Shown here one piece after another: positions 12,364 through 25,228 of a DNA stretch of 64,000 nt. This DNA comes from Gonapodya sp. JEL0774 (Eukaryota). How positions within the stretch are numbered: the stretch's first letter is position 1; every line of letters starts with the position of its first letter. Both the position numbers and the translations under genes were made by a program. The notes beneath the pieces were generated by a model, which was not told where the DNA came from, did not search any database, and worked only from the letters and a program-made list of their open reading frames with translations. The stretch lies in contig JADIIX010000005.1 in the NCBI GenBank assembly GCA_027604505.1, positions 248,001 through 312,000 of the forward strand, read 5' to 3'.

Positions 12364-12404
12364 AGTTCACTCTGTAATGGGCACGAGTGATAATTCAATC
12401 TATT

Positions 12405-15400
12405 TCACAATATATACATGAAACCCTTTTCTCTCCAGTGATCGACAAGCTTGGTGAAGAGACGTGGCAAACGCTTATCTTCCTCCTTTGTTGTTTTGCT
12501 CATTGTCCAGCCCATGAATTGAAATTGTGCAACCTCGATGGGGTCAGTCGCTTTCGACAATTTTGCAAACTGTGATCTGGCTGACGTAACCGCAGAACTG
12601 ACCTCTGCGCTTGTGCTCTTCTCTGTCAGTGGGTAGCACAAATCATTTTCGGCCGTTCGCATAACCGTCAACCTAGATTGCCAATTGTGAACGCAACAAA
12701 GAATGATCGTTTTGGGTTGCGGGTCCGACTCTGCACTGGGTGACCCTCGAAAAAGCACCACGAACTGTAAGCGGGTGGGATGGGACTCGGCATGAACCGC
12801 TGAGCTCCCTTCTTTGCCAACCCAATCTGGAGCACCGGGAGGCACGGTGAGTGGAAACTCAAACTTGGTGAGTGATTGGCTATCTGTCGAAGAATGTGAA
12901 CCGTTCAAACTCATCTTTGCGACGTGACAAAGGAAATTGATAAATGAGAAAGTCCCAAACAATTTATCAAGATTGGAACGCCACATGCCCGATTGGCACT
13001 CACTTTTCGCTCTGAACACACGAGAGTAGCGACGTCCACTATGACATCGCTATGCGTCGCAGCGAGATTAGCGAGGGACAAGATTTGCGGTTGAACATCG
13101 GGCAGATTCTCCAGCTGGATCACCGAAGAACCGAAAGATTATTCTTGAGAAATAGAAGTCAATCGATCTCCCCATGCTTTCTTCATACCATTCGTGAAAC
13201 ATGAATGCCAAGATCCGTTAAATATGTTCCCAAGTCTTGCCAGGATGTCAGCGGTTTCGGGTCTTGGGTTGTCACGGTTGCTTCATCTGTTAAATATACT
13301 TTGTAAATACCGGGGCAATCAAATACGCGACCTGACCCTCATCACCTTGAGCTGTGAAAACAGCCCTCCAAGCCATTCCGGAACTCGAATCCAAAGAGAT
13401 GCCGCAGCTCACCACGGGACCTGTGAACTCCAAGGAAAGTGTATCGATCTTGACGACAACTTTCAAATTCTCAGGTGTCACAATTGCATCACTGCTCGAG
13501 GAGGGGCTCGGAAGAATGTTGGAATCCGCTCCATTGCTTCGACGAACAGATGGAAGTCGCTCTTGCACAGTCAAGGAAGTTTGAAAATGTCGAACGGTTT
13601 CCAAAGCTGAAAACATCTTTTCCAGTAGCTTTAGAGTTCGAGGAAGAATCGAGAGAGGAACAACAACGCCGAAGGGGAGCGGTAGAATTGACGAGGAAGT
13701 TGCAGTGCTAGCATCTGGACTCATTAGCAAGGTCTCTGCGATCAACCTCAAATTGGGAAGCCTAGACGTAGGTCGCTGAGGTGGATGCGCCTTCGTCCAC
13801 GGGGTACCGAAGGCTGTGTCCAGAACCGCTCCTACTCTCTCCGACAGGATGACAACATCTGCTGCGAAATCTCCAGCCATCGCAGTCAACCGAACATGTT
13901 TGTCAGTGAGGGGTTTGACAGAAAAACTCGAACATATTGCCAGTTGGGTCCCAGGTACAAAGGCGGAGGCGTTGGCGAGCACTTCAAACACACTGAGAGT
14001 CGTACGCAGGTATTTTGCCAGTTCCACAATATTTCGTGAACGATTCAAGGCTGAGCTGATCTGGTCGGCGATGAAAGCATGTGGATTCGTCTGATTTGCA
14101 TGCTCCTCGACACTAAACGCCAGCTCACAGCTGATGTTTTTTGGAGATCGAGCATCTGCCCTCACAAATTCTTTGTACACGTTGCATTTCACCGTACACG
14201 TGTATCGGTAATCACTGTCACATCCACGGTAACGGAATCGCACTTCCCGGACTTCGTAGTGCGTGAGTTCGAACCCATTTCTTGATAAAATTGAAATGTT
14301 GCGCTGCCACTGAGCTGCAAGATCTGCAATGAAAGCAACATTTGCAATGTTTGACAGGACCCATGGGATGCAGTCGTCAATTTTGTCCATCTGCCACATA
14401 AGAACTCCAGAACGAATCGGCGATTCGGATTCAGAAGATGCCGATAGCGGAGGAAGCCTGCCCAGACGAAGGCGAATAGAAGCAACAACCTTCATTTCGT
14501 TCTGTTGATCGTTTCCTGCGAAAGAAGCGTCAACCGCGCTATACGTGTGAACGTAGAGAGCCTTCAGAGGGAGATTGTCGTCATCTGAACTGGTCAGAGT
14601 CGCTGAATTCACAGCCACAGAGGGTCCTTGACTCCCAAACAGACGGCGTTCTCCACTTCTCCCCCACTGCGGAGGCATGTGGGGATCGCTCAGATCGTGA
14701 GACGAAGCGTCTTCCGGCGTGCATAAAAACTTGAATAGATCCTCTGCTTCGATTTTGATGTTCCAAGCTCCCACAGTGGCAAAAGAAGCACTATCGGAAG
14801 CACCATCGTGAAAATTCGGAGGATAAATCGAGAATCTCAAACGGAGTTTGTGCAACTGGGCCTCAAGTTCACGGAAAGCAATCCTTCTTCTACACAGTCG
14901 CTCGATGCAAAGGAGAATATGTAGTGGAAGCGACCCGTTTGAAGGCACGTATGCGTGATACTGCGTCCCCAATCCAGTCGGGTGAGTTGTTTCCATAGCA
15001 TGCAAAATGGAAGCCAGCTCGGGTGCTGAAATAACCAAGCCAGGGTTGGCTGTCAATATGTCAACCAAATGCGAAGTTTCAAGCACAGCAATTCCGCTGT
15101 CATCATTGTGAGAGCCCAGCCGAGGTCGTTTCGCTGTTGCGTCATGCGATTCGCTCGTGGTTCTTTTTCTCTTCTTCTCATGTTCACTGCCTTTCCCTGA
15201 ACCATTGAGCTCGTCCTCTTGTGTTTCAATGATCTCAGTCTCTACACCATCCCCGTCTTCTTCTCCATCCTTGTGCCACTTTGTCGCCAGCAAAACTTGC
15301 TCCAATTCATAAATGTCGATACGCTCTCCAAAGGAAAACTCAACATCATCACTGATTGGACCATCTGGCTCCGCGTACGGTGTATGCGTCAGATTGATTG

Positions 15401-18143
15401 GGCGGACACTTAACAACCACGCTTCATAATTGAATGCGACAGACGACGACAGAGCAGAACCTGGAGAATATACCAACGCATCAAACCAAGCAACCTTAAT
15501 CGCGAGATACCAACTGGGACGTGCAGGGAATTGGAGGTAGATGATGTTTTCAAGGGGAGATGAAGCAGAATACTCCCATTCCCTAGCAAAATCGCCAGTG
15601 TGATGGGAGCTGAATATAGGCTCGTGCGATTGAAGAAAAGCTAGAGATTCGCTGCTGAGTTGTAGTCGACGTTGTGGTCGCAGGCCGAGGTAAGTTCCCA
15701 GGCTCTCTATCCCATCGAGCATCGTCTGTAGGAGAGCAATTAATATCTTTAAAATTGCAGTTACAAACGTTCTCCCCCACCTCACATCCAAGCTTATGAA
15801 GCGCAACCACGATAGGATCGTCAAGGACTTTAAATCCGTCTTCTACAATGGTCAGGTCACTGACCGACGCTTCATTCAATACTTTGGTAAGGGTCGCCAT
15901 ACGTGACGAACTTCGGCTGCCACTGGTGAACGTTGAACTCATCGAGGGAGGTGCAACCGATACACGGCCAGTTCCTACGTCAACTGATATCCTAACTGCT
16001 TTTCCGTGAGCGTAGGTAACTACCAGCGCTTCCATATTTCCAACAAGTACGACAGGAAACTGAGCCTCTTCAAGCAATGTTCGCAAGCGACTAATGAATA
16101 TTTTGCAAGCTCCGCGAGCGGCATCCGTGATGAGCGACTCGAGTGACAGATTAGATGAGTCTACGTCGAAATCAGATGTGATAGACGGATCCGCTGCTGT
16201 TGTGTCGTCTAAAGAACTTGTTTGCTTGCCACGGAAAGTAGTCACGTAAGCCCTCACTGAAAGGAATGAGTCATACCTCGTCGTACATGGCCCACTTGGG
16301 CAGTCCTGCTCGAGACCCGCTTCAATACCGAGTGACGTACGAATAGAAGGTCTCATCGCTCTTATGACATGTGCATCAAGCTCAAACTCTGCTTCCTCAA
16401 GGAACTTCGGCTCGGCAACGAGGGCAGGCTTGTCCCTTCCGAAAAGATTTTCAGGGCCTGTCGCAGGTGTTGGCTCACCATCTGTGTCCCAGAGGTCTGA
16501 TTCATCGACTAATCGTCGCTTCCCCCGCGGACGGGCACGTGTCGTTGGGCGAACCACCTCATCGTTCGGAATTTTTATTGAAATCTCCAAAACGTTCCGG
16601 CGGCGGGCGACTCTATCACCTGTTGGAAGATCATCTCTCTTGTTACCGCCAAGACCCACAGCGGGACTTTTCCAAAATCGAACACGAAGAACTGGATTAT
16701 CCCACTCATCCATCGCCCGCTCGACCTCAGATTCTTTGAGCCACAGACTCTCAGTAAGCTTTCCGGAAAGCGAATACAGTATCTCCACTTGCTGAATCAA
16801 TGCCAATGTGTGAAGGTAGTCATAAAGTTCCACGAGAGGCCACTTCGTCCTCCGTCTGGGCGAGGCAGGATTAGAAGTCACCTTGAAAGCAGGGTGAGAC
16901 GACTGAAAAAGTCGAAGCTTCTGCAGCTGTCGCTGTTGCGCTGGGGGCAATCGAAATGCACCCGATGAAGTAACTGACCCAACAAAAGATGCATTGTCAG
17001 AGTCCATCAAGTTTGCTTCGTTCTCAGCGATTTGCGCATCCTCCATGATCTGAGCTAGAGCATGGGCGGCATCGATCCGAGCCTGTGCCGATTGCCGGCG
17101 CTCCTCCTTCTGATGCGGGTCCTCCCACACAGTTGCATCTCCCTTTCTCCCCACGAGTAGCACAACATCCAAAACCCGCCAGCCCCACACCACACGGTCC
17201 TGGTCGCTTTCACTTGGGGGTGTGTGCAGCGCCGGTCCTGTACCGACAATCGGTGTGTTGTGCTTGTCCCGAGGATGGACACTCAGAGTCACCTCAAATT
17301 CGCCGTCCACTTTGAACTTTGCCTTCCCCTCCTCGATTCCTAGGTAGCCCTTTCGCAATCGTGATGGGACAAGCTCAGAGAAAGCAAGCATGGTCGAAAG
17401 AGTGTCTTCCAAGAGATTTAACGCAGCCCGCCGCTCCTCTTCACTGGGCACCTGGGGTTGGAATCGCCGAATCTCCTCCTGCACAACCGTTGGAAACCGT
17501 GCATATGTACCTTTGGTCAGCATTTCTATAGCGGTAGCGAGATCGTAGTTCGGCTCCCTGTACAGAGAATACGACCATCGTTCACAAACCTATTGCACGC
17601 GCCACCAACAAGGCATTCCAACTCACCGCATTCCACGCCCCTGAATTTCTTTTTCTGCCAGAATGAACGTATTCCAGTCTGCCAGTAAGGACTGTGTATC
17701 GAGGTATTTAGAAATATCAAGAAGCGTGTTGGTCGGTTCTGAATACTTCTTGCACCATCGCACAATGACCAAAATCTTCGTGAACTGTTGACGAGTTGCC
17801 ACAACGAAACGGTACAGCTCCTTCTTGCGATCCATGTCAGATTTGGAAGGAAGACTTCGACCCAGCCGCCAGCCAGCCCATTGAATTGAATTGCTGTAAA
17901 CGTGATCAAAACTGGAAGCTTCTGACCCATTAAAACTCACGTTTCAATCAATGTCCGTAGCTCCGAATTCGTCTTATGGATCAGCCTCGACAGAAGTTCC
18001 TTCAGTCCGACAGTTTCATGAACAAATGGGGGTACACGTGAGGGAGAGCTGGTGCCATCAAAAGCTGCACTGCTGTTTGAGCCATTGTGCAGAGGCAGAT
18101 TGATGTTTGACGTTTCCCCATCGGTGTTCTCGTTCCCGTCCAT
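12405..18143 (-). CDS. MED14: Mediator complex subunit 14 (Rgr1), multi-exon
   Basis: N-terminal Med14 domain: LKELLSRLIHKTNSELRTLIET|LPSKSDMDRKKELYRFVVATRQQFTKILVIVRW..|REPNYDLATAIEMLTKGTYARFP, followed by IEEGKAKFKVDGEFEVTLS. The long ORFs 15583-17523, 13290-15824 and 12405-13019 can be joined by short introns. The 3' joining is less certain. Confidence 0.85.
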
Positions 18144-18360
18144 CAAGGCCCAAATGTTTTAGCCCCAAACCGAGCCTGACAGAGGGACGAGGGGTCAATT
18201 CGGCCACCTTTTCTTGACAAAGTGGGGAGGGCAACTTGTCAAACTGCGAAACCAAGCAGGTTGCGAGTAAAGTCGTGTATAATATGTAACGAGCCGAAAT
18301 TTATTATCACATCACCGGATTTCTCATTCACTTCATTACACAATAAAATGTTCTCGAATT

Positions 18361-21300
18361 TTATTCACTGCGGGGTTTAAGCTTTTGAGTTTCCTTTGAC
18401 AGCCACTCATATCCCAAGCTGCCCTGTTCCAGGAGAGGAGAAATCTTCCGCCAAACCTCATCATGATAGTTATTCACCCACGCAACTTCCTCCGCATTCA
18501 ACAATGCAGCATCCATTAACTTGGTCTGAATTGGAACCATGGTCACATGCTCAAAACCAAGGTATCCCCGGTCTCCAAAGTTATTGGGAGTTCCAGCGTC
18601 TCGAACAAGCAGAACGTTTTCGATGCGGATACCAAACTTTCCGTCAGCATAGTAACCCGGCTCTGTAGGAAGCAATAAAAAAGCCATCCAAAATCCAAAA
18701 TAGATGAGTCCAAAATTGACTCCCATAATCACCATTGGTTATTGTCATTCCAGCTACCATTCCAACATCGTTCAGGTTTATCCTCGTGCCAATTCCATGT
18801 GGACCTTCGTGTACATTCAAGAAGCTCCCGACACCGTGGCCTGTCCCATGGCGGTAGTCAAGGCCCACCTGCCACAAAGACCGTCTTGCGATCGAGTCGA
18901 GAACATATCCAGTCGTTCCTTTTGGGAAGACAGTCATATCGAGGGCAATGTGACCTTTCAAAACCCGAGTGAAAGCGTCCTTTTCCTCCGCTGTTGGGGT
19001 ACCGAAGTGCATTGTTCGAGTTGTGTCTGTTGTACCATCCCTAGACAGGCACTTACGAATGTCAACGACGATATGAAGGACCACAAACCTCACACATGTT
19101 CACCTGTATTGACCTCCAGAGTCCAGAAGATATATTTGTTCCGCCTTAACAACCTCACAATCATCCTTTTGTGGAGAGTAGTGGATGATAGCGGCATTGG
19201 GGCCCGTAGATGAAATTGTGTCAAATGAAAGTCCGACAAAGTCAGACTGTTGTCGTCGATATCCCTCCAGAACTTGGGCTGCCTCCCATTCCGTAAGTGC
19301 GGTATTTTTGTTGACTGTCAGCTCGTGTTCGAGCCAAGCGATGAAGTTACACTGATGCGAAATACGAGATCATATGTACCCTAAGGAACCCGGTGAAACG
19401 ACATAGATTCTGACGGAAAAGATGGCTCACCAACGCGGCTCCATCCCTCAGGTGACACTGTCTGAATCCTTCCAATTCAGTCGAGTTCTTGATAGCTTTT
19501 GCCATGGTCACAGGCAAGCGGGAATCTTCCACTAGTTTCTACGACGATAAGCACACGTCGTCTAAAGCTCACTTTCTAGACTTACAAGCAGGGATTCACG
19601 AGCGAATGAACTCACATCATTGCCCAGTGCAGTCATTAGCGCGTAGTTGCATCTCCCGTCCATCCATACTTTTGAGGTTTTCGGCTTGGAACTTTGCGCT
19701 TCTACGGGAGCCTCGCTTGATTTCGACTGCGCGGCAGCGAGGTTTCCGCCCAGCGCGTGGACGTCAGCATAAATGGCGTCGTACGGACGGATAGTGACAT
19801 GAGATAGGCGCGAAACAACCTTAATGCAAGACAAAATACGGAGTTTGAGGAGAAGGATACCGATTTATATCGAGCACTTCGAAAAGTGAGTGGTTGGTAT
19901 CTCTTTACCTCGGGAGAGATTTTGCCCTGGTCTACGTAGAGATACACATTGTCCAATTCAACCAGTGCGAACGAGAAGAACACGGGGTTGTAGGATATAT
20001 CAGCGCCTCGGAGGTTGAAGAGCCCTTAGAATACAACATGTGGTCGGTGTGCAGTGAAGGGGTATCAATCCACATTCCTCAAATACAACAAACTAATAAA
20101 CTCACATGCAATCTCATCCAAAGCAGTCACCACTAACGCTACGACACCCTTTTTGGCCATTTCGTCCCTTGTGTCCTTGATCTTGTCCTCGGAGGACTTC
20201 CCTAACAGTTTGGCACATGTTCTTCAACCAACCTCCCAAGATTGCTCCTTGACACTTAAAACCCCAATTCACCGGTGTATTTGAGTTCGAGCGCTACAAC
20301 GGGCTCCTTTGGCCTGGCAGGCCTGTCTTTCCACACCTTGTCCACCAGATTTTCCTCTAGAGGTGCCAGTTCGATTGTAGTAGCCTCGACATCACGCAAG
20401 GCATCACGGAGGGCTTTGACGCCGGAGGACGAAACAAGTTTAGGGTCGAAGCCGATACGAGATTTGGGGAGGAGGTTCTGAGGGAAGTGCGGACGGCCCG
20501 TGAGATAATCTCAAAATATGGCGGTGGCTCATAATAGATCTCAAAGAATTCACTTTCGCGAGCCACTCCTCCTTTGTGGGCACATCGGGGATTCCAGACT
20601 TCATGAGGGTCCAGTTGGAGTCAAGTTGTTGGGATGCTTGGAGGAAGTACCTGCCGTCAGTCCAAAGGAGTGCGAGAGTCGAAGTGACGACGGCAGTTCC
20701 TGAAGTGATGGCGGTCGGAAGGTATTGTAGTGTATGGATTCAGGATCATGTGAGATAAAAGATGCGACGGATGTGCAGAGAACTTTCAAATGTGACAGTA
20801 TATGTTAAGCTTCTATCCTGCGACATTCAAATCTCCATTTTAAAGCGTTGCATTGCTGAGGCGAGCTTCTGCTTCAGCAGAGCAAACCCCGCTGAACCCT
20901 GATTTAACCTATGCTTGTATTGCGTGGTTCCAACTCACCGGCGGATCCAGTAAAGCCAGAAATCCACGAGCGACGTTTGTCGCAGTCCGCGATGTATTCA
21001 CTCTTCGAAGGTGAGATTACATCGGATTATGACAATGTGTTTTCGATTGGTTGAAACAGAAACAACGCCAGCACAAGAGACGAGTGGCAGAACCAAGGGA
21101 TGAATTAATCTCAAATTAATGGAAATTTCGCAGCCACGGAGTTCTCTGGAAGCTCGATATCCGTAGACGACAGTGTGTCAAGGGGAGATGTTACGATCGC
21201 TGTCACATATGTTCCTGTTCTTCCAGTGTCCTACGTCATACCCAGCTATTTATCTTAAGTATTTCCAATCTGTTTTCGATCCAAACCAAATGGGCTCAAA

Positions 21301-21465
21301 CGTGTCGGTTGAACCCACCTGGTGTGGATCCTCTGTAGGGATAATGTACGCAGAGACCGCGTGCTCCTTCATTACTTGTCGGAGGCTCTCGAGGCGCGCT
21401 GACGTGTCGACAGGTCCAGCCATAAGTGGCTTCACCACGGTATCATTCGCTTGAGCGGCCGGCAT
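18361..21465 (-). CDS. Xaa-Pro aminopeptidase P (XPNPEP1/Fra1 type, M24B), multi-exon
   Basis: [127 protein letters not shown]. Confidence 0.95.
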
Positions 21466-21897
21466 CGATCGGAAGGTAGCAACGGTTGTGACAAGGAAAC
21501 AACAGGCAGAAGGAGGTACTACAGCGCGGGTGGACGCAAACAAGCAAAGTTCGCGCACAGAACGTGCCGCGTATGAGAAAATTGGGGAAGGAGCCACCGC
21601 GTTTGTGTGAGTACGAGTATCGGGCGGGGGTTGGTTGGGCCATCAACATCACCCTAAAATTCAATGCGGTCTGAATAGATATTTTTACATGATTGAAACG
21701 TACACTACTACGTGATTGGGAAATTGGTTTCATGTGAACAGTGCGAAACTGATTCCCCCAGGAGGGACTAACAACAAAAGGCACCGGATGATCGGTTGCA
21801 AGGACAGTCGGACACCTGCTTTATTAGCCCTGAAGGGGGCAGAAATTGGTTCATACCCAGTATCAACACTGTGTATACTCATTCGCCGTCAATCAAA

Positions 21898-24376
21898 ATG
21901 CTCACTCGCGCTCTGCTCAAGCGCCCTCTCCACATTTCACCGGCGGCCGCTGTTTCCACACATGTTCTCGCTACTCCCCCATGTCGCATCCCCTATCGCT
22001 ACGATGCAAAACTCTCCATCCGCTCCATCCAAAGTCATACTTTTACTCGTGAGAAATCGACCCACCCAATCGATGGATCCAGCTTTCGTGGGAAGCAGAG
22101 CTCTTTTGTGAGGAGAATGGCGACTACAGCTGCCGGTGCGACGACTGGAATTACCAACACCGCTGAAGGAGAGCAAGGGAGTCAAAATACTACAATCTAC
22201 GTGTGTTTCCGGTAGAGCCTCTCGGAAAGAAATTTTTGCTCTTGTTGTTGATGTTTCGCCTCAACACGACTTCATCTCCATCTTTACATGTCCCCCACGT
22301 GATCGTCGTCCACCCAGTTCACGATTGCTGACAGTTTGTATCCGACTAAACTCACTAGTTGTTGATAAAGCGTTCGGGAACTTACCACAAAATACTTGAA
22401 TCTCAATCAGGGGTTGGAGCTCTGGAAGAGGTGCTTGCGCGCCTAGCAGACGTGGAGGTCTCCCTCACCTCCATAGAATCACGACCAGGCAAGGACGCAG
22501 GCTTGTACGACTTCTTGTAAGTCATGACGTTGAACACCAGTGGTGGATTATGTTAGTGCGCCAGCTTCGGTTCACGATTAAGCGCACAATAGTATCGACT
22601 TCCTGGCCACAGGTGACAGCCAAGTCGCGCAAGTCGTTTCTGGCCTCGCCAAACATGTTCGAGAGATTCGGGTAGTGTCTACGGGTGGCGGCAGTACACC
22701 GGATGACCTCGTCAAGCAGCGCCAGAGTGCATGGTATCCACGGAAGAAAAAGGATTTAGATCTGTTTGCGGAGAGGGTCATGAGCTATGGGGCGGAGTTG
22801 GATGCTGATCGTGAGTTTTTTGTTCGCTGCTGAATGACCGCGCGACAAGCGTAACCGTAATCCTGCGTACGCGGGTAACGTTCCTAACCTGCTAATAGAC
22901 CCCGGGTTCACCGACTCTGCTTACCGCGACCGTCGCGCCGCCATCACTCAACTTGCACGCTCTTACCGTAGTGGACAGCCTCTCCCCCGTATTGATTACA
23001 CACCAGGGGAAGTCGCGACGTGGGGACAAGTCTATCGCAAGCTCGAGGCTATGCAGGGAGACAAAGCATGCCGAGAATATCAACATATCAAGCCGTTGCT
23101 GGTAGCAAATTGCGGATACGGGTAAATGATTTGGAGTTGATTTGAAGAGGTCGATTGGGGAGTCGAAGATATATTATCTCGTTATTCCGACTTTTGCAGA
23201 CCGGACAACATTCCCCAGATGGCGGATATTTCTCGCTTTCTCAAAGGTATATTGGCTTCATTCTTTGCAATATCATCTCCTCCGACAACTGCACCTCTCC
23301 ACCGTATTGGCGCAAACCACATAGAATGCACTGGATTCACCCTCCGACCTGTCATGGGCCTCCTTTCATCCCGGGACTTCCTAAACGCTCTGGCATTCCG
23401 CGTCTTTTTCTCGACTCAGTACGTCAGACATGCGTCGAGCCCGTTCGTGAGTGGACTTGGGCTGCATGAAGTCACAACCCGCGGGAAACGCGGAGATATT
23501 TCTGAATGCATAATCTCAATTCCTTGGTTTGATTTTCAAGTATACTCCAGAGCCCGATATATGCCACGAATATCTGGGTCACGTACCATTGTTCGCGGAT
23601 CCTGATTTTGCTGACTTTGTGCGTTCTGAGTGTTTTGTTTAACTCTACCTTGATCATAGCTGTAACTTCACTTATTCACCTCACGTCTCGTGACATACAG
23701 TCCCAAGAAATTGGCCTCGCATCCTTGGGGGCTAGTGAAGATGATCTGAAGAAGTTGGCAACTATCTATTGGTTTACTGTCGAGTTTGGTGCGTGTGGCG
23801 TTGCTCGAGAACCGCACTCCTAATTTGTGTTGGTTAAGTGTATCGTTTTTGCCACTTGAGGTCTGACCAAGCAGGGCAACGGTGTCCGAGCTTACGGTGC
23901 TGGTTTGCTTTCCTCGTTTGGGGAGCTCGAATATTGCTTGTCGGACAAACCCACACTACACCGTTTTGACCCAGAAAAGGCGGCAATACAAGAGTACCGT
24001 AAGTGCATCCGGCAATGTCATAAGAAGCGAAGACCCACCACAACACGAACATGTCACTCTTGGTTTGGGTCTAGCGATCACCGAGTATCAGCCTGTGTAC
24101 TTTGTCGCCGACTCTTTCAAAGTGATGAAAGAGCAGGTGCGAAGCTACGCCAATAGACTTTCACGGCCATTCTCGCTGCGATACAATGCATACACGGTGA
24201 GTAAAATTGCCAGATGTTTGTTTTTATGACGTGCTCCGAATGATTGAGAGGCTTCTGTGATTGACATTTTATAGGAAACAATTGAAGTTCTTGATGAGAA
24301 GGAGGGCTTGATAAGATACTGCAACAATATTAGGGGGGATTTGTCGAGGCTCGCTGAAGCAATTGAGTACATCTGA
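21898..24376 (+). CDS. PAH: Phenylalanine-4-hydroxylase (biopterin-dependent aromatic amino acid hydroxylase with ACT domain)
   Basis: ACT domain [23 protein letters not shown] (includes a 16-nt microexon, 22318-22333). Catalytic domain [91 protein letters not shown]. The His/His/Glu iron ligands are present. Confidence 0.95.
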
Positions 24377-25228
24377 TGAAAATTAGGTGGAACTTTATTC
24401 TGTTCTTTAGTCCATATTTGACACGGCCAATATTATTCGATCGGGCTGACTCTACTTCAAAACCATAATCGGGGATATTGTGAGCAAAGCTAGGACGACT
24501 GGAAACAATCGCAAGAAGTAAGTAAATCTCCCCGAAAGGTTGTCAAACTGATGTGCGTGTAGTTCAGTGAGGCAGTGGGAAAGGTATAGTGTTCTTTGCC
24601 CTTGGACTTGGGTTTCAAAAATAGAGCCAATTCTCCCTTTTTGGAATAGCCATAACGGGGAGCTTCATTATTGAGTTGAAATCCGTTTCGTCCATGGCCA
24701 TCCAAGTTCCCAAGGGAAGAGACATGTGTGTTCCTGAAATTTAAAAATCTTCAATTTCGTTTTCTCTCCCAGTTGCCTCAAAAGTAACATCATCTGAGAG
24801 CTTTTTCCTGGTGATATCATTTCTCCTGAGAATGTTGCTGATAGTCTACTGTCAAAAGCAAAAGTGTCGGAAACCCATCGAGCTGCATCAATTGTCGTCG
24901 TGAGGGATCAGTCATCATTCACTGGCAAATTTGAAGCTCCGAGTCCACAGTAAACTTCTGCTTTCGGTCTCGTGACCTTCTAGTGTGTGATTTGCGAACA
25001 TCTACAATTATGATCGATCGGCGTATGGTCCTCGAAGAGACACCGCCGAACGTCTCCGGGGCAACCGCGACGGAACTTTGCCCCTCTTGCCTCAATATCT
25101 TCAATGCCCGAAGTCGCTGATTGGTGTATTCCGTGTTGTGAATCCGCAGCAAGGCCTGAAGCAGTGACCACAGCTCACGAGGATCAATACGATAGATTTG
25201 CCTCACCGACTCCTCCATCAACACCGAC

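Noticed and set aside
12405..15824. Treating the 844-aa and 204-aa ORFs as separate genes
   Set aside because: They lie on the same strand as the MED14 N-terminus and can be linked by short GT-AG introns. The total length fits Med14.
21002..21318. Unusually long intron in the aminopeptidase gene
   Set aside because: No box motifs, inverted repeats or transposon ends recognisable by eye.
24377..25228. ORFs 24490-24705 and 24919-25296; EDHTPIDHNC resembling an AN1 zinc finger
   Set aside because: His spacing is wrong for AN1 (x4 rather than x5), the upstream Cys pattern is missing, and one ORF overlaps HUB1 exon 1 antisense.
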